From: Basidiobolus ranarum
Taxonomy: Eukaryota
Direction: 5' to 3'
Assembly: GCA_040143965.1 (NCBI GenBank)
Contig: JASJQH010006924.1
Coordinates: 1-38,210, forward strand
Length of the DNA stretch: 38,210 nt
Below, in pieces: positions 1-9,291 of the stretch. The translations under genes and the position numbers were made by a program. Numbering within the stretch: position 1 is the stretch's first letter; each line of letters opens with the position of its first letter. Under the pieces are notes generated by a model that saw only the letters and a program-made list of their open reading frames with translations, searched no databases and was not told where the DNA came from.

Positions 1-496
1 TGACTTAACTTTTCTGCTTTGCAACATTCATACAAATACTCCAGATCTCCATACATTAGTTAAGAAACTACAAAAGTAGTTATGGCTTCTTTGTTTTGTT
101 TGAAATAAAGATTTCACCTTTTGGTGACTGTCTCCCCTAACCCTAAATAGTACACACTAAGTAGTATACACCTTTCTGTATGTTTATAGTATCAAACCTT
201 GATTAAATGTAACTTTCTCTTGTTGGATCAAACGGATTTGAATCGCCTATAATTGATTCATTTTTTCACATGAGATTTTTCAAAGTACAATATCTCTCCA
301 TGTGCAGGACAAGCAGCTTTAAACTTTGGTTTATTTGCATTCAATAAAACTGTATGCACAAAATGCATCGATTTGGGGCGATAGTGTATATTCGTTGCTA
401 CATCAATAATTTATTGCAAGTATTAGCACAGAAAGCTGAAGACAAGTTAAGCCATAAAAAGTTGAAATACAAGCTAGGTAGCACTTAAAGTGGAAA

Positions 497-1810
497 TCAA
501 ACCGGGTGGCCTCTTAAGGTAAGTTTCCAATGGCCATCATGACCATCGGTGTAGTCCATTTCAGGATAGAAATAGGCTGTCTTATAAGCGCCCACGGCAT
601 AAAGTAGGGCCACTAACAAGGGAGGAACACCTGGATTAAGTTCACATAACTTGGTAACAGTATCTTCAGCGTTACTATTGGCAACAGTAATCACTTTCCG
701 TAAGCGATCCAACTCATTTCCAGGAATCATGATTTTATGAGTACCACCAAAGTCATCATTGTTGGTCAAGAAATTCTTGATCGCCAAAGCACAAACTAGA
801 AATACAGCATACCATACTGGAGGAACGCCCACACCAGTAATCTCCTCTATGATTGTTTGAACCATATCTCCCCAAGAGTCAATAGTCAATTGATCAAGGA
901 GGATTTCAATGATTTTGTCCAGAATCTGATTTTCTCTGTCGTACTGGTCACCTGCATCTTGCTCCCAGGAATCGATGGTGATGGACATTCCACCTTGGAC
1001 TACGTTACGATAGAGAGTGTTTTTGGAGAAAGGTTCTACATCTCCTGGAGAAATAGCTCCAAAGACGTTGGAACGCCATTTAGTTGCAGTAGTCCCATCT
1101 GTGCATGCAAACCCAAAGAATGGCTCATCTCGTGTGGATTCTCCGGTGTCATCGATGCATTCCATCTCCACTGCCCAAAAGTCCCATGTACCGGAATTAG
1201 TTGATTTGACTTCGGAAAAGTTATTTGCTCTGCCAGCCACTTGTGCGGACCAACCAAGTTCGGCACTTGCCTTGGTATATTTAGGGCTCTGTTTTTTTGG
1301 TAAAAGGGCATCAAGTTCTTTCTCCAAAGTTGCCGCATTCACATCTTTTGTGGTTTTTAAATGCTCCTTGGCTTTAGCAATGATTTCTTTAGTGATGAAA
1401 ACTCGGTCAGTATTGATCAAACCAAGGTTTTGACTATTTTCAATAGCCTCTTTTCCGACTAGCGGGAGATCTTTGCGTAAATCCTCAAAGGTATAATCAT
1501 TGTCAGTGGTCAATTGAGCAAACTTCCCGGGTAAAATGGATGATCTCATGGTGGTAGATGCTTCGCGGTAAGATTTGCTGATGCTTGCAAGATCTTGGTC
1601 CGAGAAATCCGATTCTAGAAAGCAATTGACTAGCTTTTCTTCGAAAGTGGTCAGCTTCTTTCCCTCGGAATGCTTAGCAAATGAATGGAGAATTAGCCCG
1701 GTGAATTGATTGTAGGCCTTGTTTTTTTGGAGTTTTGTAGTAGCGTTGGTGGACGACCCGCTAAAGGCTTGATCCATGCGGCTGGCAATGCTCTGCTTAG
1801 TATTTGACAT
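497..1810 (-). CDS. Intronless 437-aa protein of unknown function (copy 1 of a tandem pair), with an acidic beta-rich C-terminal half containing two hydrophobic segments
   Basis: Long ATG-initiated ORF, conserved with many synonymous changes in the paralogue at 2645-3939. Motifs: CIDDTGESTRDEPFFGF, ITIDSWEQDAG, NNDDFGG, GHWKLTLR. Confidence 0.9.
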   Translation of the reverse strand: MSNTKQSIASRMDQAFSGSSTNATTKLQKNKAYNQFTGLILHSFAKHSEGKKLTTFEEKLVNCFLESDFSDQDLASISKSYREASTTMRSSILPGKFAQLTTDNDYTFEDLRKDLPLVGKEAIENSQNLGLINTDRVFITKEIIAKAKEHLKTTKDVNAATLEKELDALLPKKQSPKYTKASAELGWSAQVAGRANNFSEVKSTNSGTWDFWAVEMECIDDTGESTRDEPFFGFACTDGTTATKWRSNVFGAISPGDVEPFSKNTLYRNVVQGGMSITIDSWEQDAGDQYDRENQILDKIIEILLDQLTIDSWGDMVQTIIEEITGVGVPPVWYAVFLVCALAIKNFLTNNDDFGGTHKIMIPGNELDRLRKVITVANSNAEDTVTKLCELNPGVPPLLVALLYAVGAYKTAYFYPEMDYTDGHDGHWKLTLRGHPV

Positions 1811-2644
1811 GACTCAAGGTATGTAGGTTCTGGAGTAATAATTGTGTAGTAAACAACGATTTTATAGGCATTGCAAGCAACACGTAATCTAGTTGAGGAT
1901 TACATAGCTTGGGCCACCAATCTACCCTTTATTAAGTAACTAAGCCACCCTTTTACAGTGCTGATGTCTTTCAATACCTGGTCAGTGCAGAATTGAGTGG
2001 ATGATTAAAAGTATGTACATAAATACATGAAGCAAACAGGTTTCATTACTCCTATATTGAATTGCCTAATTGTATAACACATAAATGGTAGTTGGTACTA
2101 CAAAATCATACGTAAAAGCGTACAGTAAGACGGGGTAACATTTTGTAAGAGGGCGGACCAAGTAATGAGTGGTTTGAACCTGAATAGTTAGTATTGATTC
2201 AATAAAAGCAGAATAAAAGCAGAATTGTTGGATATGTTTAGCAGGTGTCGTGTAATGTTTTTGTCCTAAGCTTATACACTGTTCAGACACGATTTCTAGT
2301 ATCAGGATATTGCCAGCAGTCATGGAGCTGTGTAGCAATATTTGGAATGAAGATATATGGGAGACAATATAAACACTTTGGCAGTAGAATCCTACCATTA
2401 CGGCGCATTTAGGTTCAGCAAATTGAACTCAATAGTGGAGTAACATCTTTTCAATGAAGACAAAATTTATTGACCAACTATTTCTAAAATTAAGTTCGAA
2501 ATCTGGCGGTAGTTAGTGGTAACATTTAACCTCATAGCAAACTAAGTTTTATCACAAAGGGAGAAAACATGTTCACTTGTTTCAATTACTCAATCATTGA
2601 TTAGGAGATAATTAGGGTTAGGGAGACTAACAGAAAGGAGCAAT

Positions 2645-3939
2645 TTAAACGGGGTTAGCTCTTATAGTGAGTTTCCAATGACCATCAGTATAGTCCATTT
2701 CAGGGTAAATATGATAGGTTTTGAAAGCACCAATTGCGTAAAACAATGTTACCAGCATTGGTGACCAGCTGGGATGGAGTTCGCACAACTTAGCAAGAGC
2801 GTCGTCAGCATTACTATCTGCGACAGCAACAACTTTTCTTATGCGATCAAGCTCATTTCCGGGAATTATGATTTTATGTGTACCGCCAAAGTCATCATTG
2901 TTGGTCAAGAAATCCTTGATCGCCATAGCAATGATTAGAAATATGGCATAAACTACTGGAGGAACTCCTACACCTGTAATCTCTTCGACGACTATTTGAA
3001 CCATATCTGCCCAAGAGTCAATACTCAACTGATCAAGGAGGACTTCAATAATTTTGTCAAGAATCAGGTTCTCTCTGCCATATTGGTCACCTGCATCTTG
3101 CTCTCAAGAATCTATTGTGATCGACATTCCTCCTTTAACCACGTCGCGGAAGAGTGTATTTTTCGCGAAAGGCTCCACATCTCCTGGAGAAATAGCTCCA
3201 AAGACCTGAGAACGCCACTTAGTAGCAGTATTCCCATCACTGCATCCAAACCCAAAGAATGGCTCGTCACGTAGCCTAACCCTAAGCATTCCATCTCAAC
3301 AGCCCAGAAATCCCAGGTACCGGAATTAGTTGATGCGACATCAGAAAAGTTATTTGCTCTGCCAGCAATTTGTGCAGACCAACCAAGTTCTGCACTTGCC
3401 TGAGCATAGCTCTTTCTTTCTTTTTTTGGTAAAAGGGCATCAAGTTCTTTCTCTAAAACTGCTGCATTCGCATCTTTTGTGGCTCTCAAATGCTCCTTGG
3501 CTTTAGGAATGATATCTTTGGTGATGAAAGCTCGGTCAGTATTGATCAAACCAAGATTTTGACTATTTTTAATGGCTTCGTTTCCGATAAGTGGGAGATC
3601 CTTGCATAAATCCTCAAAGGAATAATGATTATTGGTGGTCAATTGAGCAAATTTGCCAGGTAGCATAGATGATCGAGTGGTGGTAGACGCCTCGCGGTAA
3701 GATTTGCTGATACCTGCAAGGTCTTGGTCAGAGTAATCCGATTCTAGGAAGCAGTTGACGAGCTTTTCTTCCAAATTGGTAAGTTTCTTTCCCTCGGATT
3801 GCTTAGCAAACGAATGGAGAATTAACCCGGTGAATTGATTATACGGCTTATTTTTTTGGAGCCTGGTATTACTGTTGATAGAGGACCCGCTAAAGGCTAG
3901 ATCCATGCGGCTGGCGATGCTCTGCTTAGTATTCGACAT
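2645..3939 (-). pseudogene. Disrupted paralogue (copy 2) of the 437-aa gene
   Basis: Colinear with copy 1 from the ATG at 3939 to the stop at 2645. Net -10 bp frameshift at 3273-3285 (13 bp replace 23 bp), a TGG>TGA nonsense change at 3104-3106, and a 9-bp in-frame difference near the C-terminus (DGHDGH vs DGH). Confidence 0.9.
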
Positions 3940-4330
3940 GATTCCAAATATGTAGAATACTAATGCAGGAAACAGCGACTTTATAAGCACTGCAAGATAC
4001 ACGTTATGTGGCTTCTTAGTCTGTGTTACTTCGACTCCAATTCCTTACGATCTACCCTTCATTAAGTAACTAAGCCACCTTGTGGAAGTTTTACAGCGAT
4101 TGCAGCTGCTAGCAAGTACAGCATTGGGTGGATGATTGAAGATATCCTTATAAATGCATAATAGAGTATATCTTGGATCTTAAAAACACAATAGAGTGTA
4201 TCTTGGCAAGTGCTTCTCTAGGAGGGTTTCATTACCCCTACATCCAATTGCCTAATATTATAGCACTTAAGCGGTAGGTGGTACTACCAAGCCACGCTTA
4301 AAGTTGTACAGCAAGTAGGCGAGCCGAGCT
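3940..4330 (-). promoter_or_regulatory. Upstream region duplicated together with the gene pair (homologous to about 1811-2180)
   Basis: Shared blocks: tctacccttYattaagtaactaagccacc (1921 / 4051) and gggtttcattac..aattgcctaat (about 2039 / 4224). Confidence 0.65.
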
Positions 4331-4738
4331 ATGAGCGGTTTGAGCCACCATCCACACGGATTTTCATAATTGAAATATTGATCAGATAAAAGCAGTATAT
4401 ATAAGAACACAAAGCCAATTATATTTGAGCCTCCATATCGTGAGTATCCATGATAGTGGTTAGGGTCAAGTGATCGCAAATTGATGGATCATTTAAATGG
4501 AATTCAGTACGTTGGAGCACTCTTCCAGTGAATTGTATTTCAATTAAATATTGTCTAGCAGGAATGTCTTATTTAGAATGAATATCTTTTCACTGGATAA
4601 TTTATTTGATTACCACAATGAAGCATGGCAAGTCGCTGCATTCAAATTTAGAGTTGAAATCAATTCCCTATATTGGTCATCGATGCTAGTGATAAAATTA
4701 TATCTAAACAAAGAATCGAAGCAGTACCATCCAGATAT

Positions 4739-4857
4739 TACTGTCCTAACCCTAAATCCTAATACTACTGTCCTAACCCTAAATCCTAATACTACTGTCC
4801 TAACCCTAAATCCTAATACTACTGTCCTAACCCTAAATCCCAATACTACTGTCCTAA
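4739..4857 (+). repeat. 27-bp minisatellite, about 4.4 copies, each containing CCTAACCCTAA
   Basis: Unit tactgtcctaaccctaaatcctaatac, nearly perfect. Confidence 0.95.
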
Positions 4858-5080
4858 TATTAGTATTGATGAATAATTTGATAGCTTTGCGATCCATTAG
4901 CTGGCCGTGATGTATCCACATGGTATGACATACACCGACATAGTGTTCATATTATCCTAGACAACAATCACTAATTACCGTACATACCAACCTTTTCTTG
5001 ATGAAATCCTTTATATGAGTGCAATACAACTTCAACATAGTTAAATAGTTTTGCAATATTAGAAGAGCATATAGCGAAGC

Positions 5081-5692
5081 CTACTGGTTAGAGCTGAAGA
5101 CTAAAAGATTGGGGGTGATACCCTTCTATCTTATGATCACATTCTTGGTGACTATGGACACAAGTGCAGTGTATACTTGAGCGGGTGTGCTCAAACCGTC
5201 TTGGGATAAGTACAATGCGGCAACACCAGCAAGATGAGGTCCAGCAATACTGGTACCCGAGATCTTTTTGCTGGCTGAGGTGATGTATTGGTCAGGTTCT
5301 GAGACTTTGACACATTTGCCGTAGTTACTGAAGCCGGCAGCACTAGTACTGGTGGTGGCTCTAACTGCGAATGCTCATCCATCATTCCACGCACCAGTGG
5401 TGACAATGTAAGTGACTCCAGCTTTGACTACGGCATCAACTGCCTGCGTCAAGGCCTCACTGCGGTTACCACCAAGTAACATATTGGGAACACTCTCGTA
5501 ACCACTGGTCGTGGCTTGCTGAGTAACCCAGTTGACTCTTAAGGTGACACTTGAGGAGGTACCACTGCCACAGAGTACCTTGATTCCAATGAGCTTGGCC
5601 TTCTCGGCTACACCATAACTGGTTCCTCCGACCGTTCTAGAGACGTGAGTGCCGTGACCTTTGAGATCCTCAATGGCCTCACTGCTGATGAC
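5081..5692 (-). pseudogene. Subtilisin (S8, proteinase K-like) protease pseudogene, 5'-truncated
   Basis: Manual translation in one frame: EDLKGHGTHVSRTVGGTSYGVAEKAKLIGIKVL...NMLLGG...G*AF...GFSNYGKCV...ISGTSIAGPHLAGVAALYL...TPNLLVF. The catalytic His and Ser motifs are present. There are internal stops (e.g. 5375-5377) and deletions, and no Asp motif or prodomain. Confidence 0.92.
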
Positions 5693-6175
5693 TCACGTGG
5701 CATAATTTAAATAGTAATTTTACCTGTTTCGTAAGCATACTCTTATCTTTGGATGTTAAAAGTCCTATCTCGTATCAAATAGGGAGGCACAAAGCACATA
5801 TAGCTCTGTATTTGTCTCACGAGTGACTAATAGCACCTGAATAAAATTGTCGGAACTGGATGAGCTTGAACTTAGTATGAAGGACTTGTACTCGGAATTC
5901 CATGTGATGAGGTGAGGTGTAGTGTCATTTACACTCCACGATATTAAGATGTATGAGGCACAACTACAACCTGAACTGAGCACTTAGTATATTTTCTGAT
6001 CTATATGATTGTTTTAGCCCTACTTACCTGGTGATAATTAGGGATAAAAAACATGCGTCTTTAGAAAATATTCTACATCAAATTTGATATAGAATACAAC
6101 TAGGGGTCTTGCACTGCAAGTTTGAAACTATCCTTGAAAAACCTCCACAGAATGTGTCTAAAACAACAAAAATGT

Positions 6176-6247
6176 ATATAATACTGGGAATTGAACCCGA
6201 GAACTCCACGGCCCGAACGAGGAATTATACGGCTAGACCATGAAGCC
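6176..6247 (-). pseudogene. Degenerate tRNA-Pro(CGG)
   Basis: Reverse complement reads GGCTTCATGGTCTAGCCGTATAATTCCTCGTTCGGGCCGTGGAGTTCTCGGGTTCAATTCCCAG. It has an A box, anticodon loop TTCGGGC and a B box. The stems have mismatches and the 3' acceptor strand (expected TGAAGCC) is missing. Confidence 0.75.
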
Positions 6248-7120
6248 TTTGTTGTCAAATTCAACTCAACTCTTTTCTTCACTATAATCAGTTAGGTTAG
6301 TTCGGTTTAATCATGTTCTTTAGGTGAATGTGTTTGCTACTGAGTGTTCAAGTGTAAACAACAAGAAATATATTTAGTAATAAGGCCGTATTTATGAATA
6401 GTTATCTCTCATTTTCACTAGCTATTACGCTCAGAGCCGCTTTAAACAACAGCGATTTAGGACTTCGCAGAGTGAGAATCAGTTAGAATTTTGTAAATCC
6501 ATAACATACTTCCGAAAAACATCATCAAAGCTGTTATACGCGAATAAGCGAACTAGTTCTACAACAAGAAAGTAATGCATTGACTAAAAATCGGACTGAA
6601 TTATTCGAGCTAAAGTAAAATCATGCGCTTCTTGGTTGAATGTTCCTGAGGTGGCAAGTACAGCGAACACTTCATAACCTGCCTAATGGTTGAAAGTGCT
6701 ATAAATGTAAGACAAATATCCGTTACAATATCAGTCATGAACACATATTTTTCCTCATCTCTTTGAGCGCATTAATCACCTGATTATCCCATCTTTATGA
6801 GGTACATATGTAGCATTTTTAAGAAAACTTACAACTTCCAGTAGCAAGGGTAAATTACTAATATTACAATATTACAATATTTTTGCCGAGTCCGAGACTT
6901 GATAATTGCTATATTCGGGGCAAATTCGAGCCTTTTATAAGCTCTAACGTAAAGGCGGTTTCCCCTTCGTTAAACTGAAATGTGTAGTATTTTCATCAAC
7001 AATGAACACATTTGAGGCTCTCACAGATAACCACCGGAGAATGTTGCTAAATCTCACTTTTGATATATCCAAGGTCCTTCAAGGGTGATTGAAAGTTATG
7101 GCACACACAAAATAGCTAGA

Positions 7121-7222
7121 ATCGTTAATAGCGACCACTTCAATACCATCATGTTCAAAGGAGTCACCAACGATGAGACGACCAAAATCATTAATATAGC
7201 ATGCTACTTTTATGAGGGACAT
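7121..7222 (-). pseudogene. N-terminal fragment of GAPDH
   Basis: Manual translation MSLIKVACYINDFGRLIVGDSFEHDGIEVVAIND resembles the GAPDH start KVGINGFGRIGRLV....IEVVAINDP. Similarity ends after AIND. Confidence 0.7.
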
Positions 7223-7912
7223 ACGTATGATGGATTGAACGTTAAAGCGCTATTACTTAAAAAGAATCATTCATGGAGATATTGGTATCATACTTGAGAT
7301 TTCGAAAAGTATATAAGCCTTTCAGCATAAATATAATCATCTTGAGTTAAAAGATCCCCATTTGGCGCAGTCCTGTTCTCCATTACCTTTTCTACCCTTT
7401 CCAGAACCATAACTAATTTTATAATCACTATTACATAACAGCCTACTACTAAGGCATCTCATTAACAAATATTTAGATAATGTTGAAGTAGTTGACCCCA
7501 TGTGATCTACGATAAATATTTTAGTTACGTTCTTTATCGCACTGTAGTTGGTATTCATAGTAATGTATCCTAGGCATTGATTTGCAGAGGATCCACCACC
7601 ATTACCACCAACTCCATTACCAGGGCCATATGCTCCTCCACCATGGAAAGACTACTCTTGAATAGCACACTAAGTATGGTTTGTACCATGGCTATTGTAT
7701 CAAATGAGCAACTCTACCTACTGTCTGTAATATCTAACTATCTTCTTTATTTAGTCATTTAATTACTCGAGGACATCGTTCATTCGACAAGAGTCATTTA
7801 GAGGTCTATTGCAATGAATATCATTTATTTTGTTAACAGTCAGTTGCAATCAACATCATTTATTTCGTGCTGCTTTTACACAAATCGTCATGCCATCTCA
7901 AAACAAAGGAAT

Positions 7913-8179
7913 TCAATATTCGCAATCAATGGAAGTAGCGTATCCCAACTTCTTCACACATCTTCTAAAGAGACCTTCCTTTTCGGTTGGAAGAGTGCAA
8001 ATCAAGTGTTTGTCCTTGAAATCAGATCCACCAACATTGCGGAGACAACACTCATTGATTTTCGAGTAGCTAACCTTGAATCCGATGACCGAACATACCG
8101 AATTGACATCGTCACCCTTTACCTGGGCCACCAAAAGTAAGGCTGAAAGGCAGAGAATGCGTAGGCTTGGGATCATCAT
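7913..8179 (-). CDS. Small secreted cysteine-rich protein (88 aa)
   Basis: Signal peptide (MMIPSLRILCLSALLLVAQVKG|DD) and six Cys in the mature part (C-CC-C-C-C). Confidence 0.75.
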   Translation of the reverse strand: MMIPSLRILCLSALLLVAQVKGDDVNSVCSVIGFKVSYSKINECCLRNVGGSDFKDKHLICTLPTEKEGLFRRCVKKLGYATSIDCEY

Positions 8180-8800
8180 TGTATAATTCCTACAGCAATC
8201 GATTTAATGATAAGTAATAGGAAAAAATGTACTTCTGAGTTGTAACTTACGACTTTAATGTTCTGAATTTGTTGGTAAATATCTCAAATCATACGATACT
8301 TTTTATACTAGAACTTCATGACGAGCGATTCCGCGGGCCACTACCGTGACTGGCTTGCTGAAGTCGTCGGCGTCTTTGGCGGACTTGGTGTTACGTGTGA
8401 GCAAGAGTGACATTGGAGGAAGCTGAAAAGCAATTTTGTTGAGTAAAGGATGTGCACTCTCGGTCAGAGTAACTGATACAAGCACACAGATGTCATTGAT
8501 CTGAGTCACTAATGTCAGACAGGAGCTGAGTACACACAGCGCCATACAAAGTAACGAAAGAATGGTAAAGGATATCCTCAATACAAGTGCTGTTTCAACG
8601 ACACCTTTCTTGTTGTCGCATCGTATTCACTTTGAATTATTGTCACACTCTTAACATTTAAATATTGGAGTATCCGGTGCTGATCTCATTCCATATCAAA
8701 GTGACAGTTATCGAAAAAACCAGTTACACAGAATGAAAGTGTGGGAATAATGATCCCTGGAAATTGAGTAAGAATGACCTGATTCGTCGAGCATTTCTAC

Positions 8801-8987
8801 CATAGTCAGATCAGGCTGTACATAGTCAGATCAGGATGTAGGTACCAACCTATGAAGTACTTACCTACCTCTAAGAAACCACACAAGTACGGTAATCAGA
8901 CTTCAATAATTATTTTGTATGCATGATATATTAGCCTTGGATTATTGCCATTGGTTATATAGTAGCCTTGGATTATTGCCATTGGTT
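8801..8987. repeat. Two short tandem duplications (20 bp x2 at 8801-8840; 31-bp period x2 at 8932-8987)
   Basis: catagtcagatcaggMtgta twice; tagccttggattattgccattggtt twice. Confidence 0.9.
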
Positions 8988-9291
8988 TAGTACAAGTTTA
9001 TATTGGCACTTGGGGGCTACCGAAAAAGGGTGCTTGTGCATAGAGCCAGCATCTTTTGATGGTTTCTTAGCAACAGACAAATGCTTACATCATTTACGCT
9101 CACGACACGAACTTTCACTTGCAGAGCAGTAACAAAATATCAATTAGGATGTGGGTATAACACTCAAAAATTGCATCACTAGTCAATTTATGCATTCAAA
9201 ATACAATAAATGTCACTGAATATTTATTGAAATGCGAATTACGGAATAATATCATCTATTTACTTTTGATTAAATTCTAGATAGCCAATCC

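Noticed and set aside
857-1433. Antisense ORFs over the 437-aa gene (likewise over the kinases, tex, HSP20 and the F-box/LRR gene)
   Set aside because: Shadow ORFs of real genes on the opposite strand, with no independent motifs.
3104-3106. In-frame TGA at a Trp position, suggesting recoding or an alternative genetic code
   Set aside because: Other genes use TGG for Trp and TGA as stop, and this copy is already frameshifted upstream.
4551-4921. ORFs with TTVLTLNPN / RTVVLGFRV repeats
   Set aside because: By-products of the 27-bp minisatellite, whose length is a multiple of 3.
6021-6032. TACTTACCTGG, matching the U1 snRNA 5' end
   Set aside because: No downstream U1 stem-loops or Sm site. 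It is equally the reverse complement of a splice donor.
7337-7650. Gly-rich minus-strand reading (GGGAYGPGNGVGGNGGG...)
   Set aside because: Short and low-complexity, with no convincing start or family assignment.
8303-8581. 92-aa ORF with a hydrophobic N-terminus next to the Cys-rich gene
   Set aside because: TTG start, no alignable cysteine pattern with its neighbour and no recognisable family. It may be a decayed gene but this cannot be supported.
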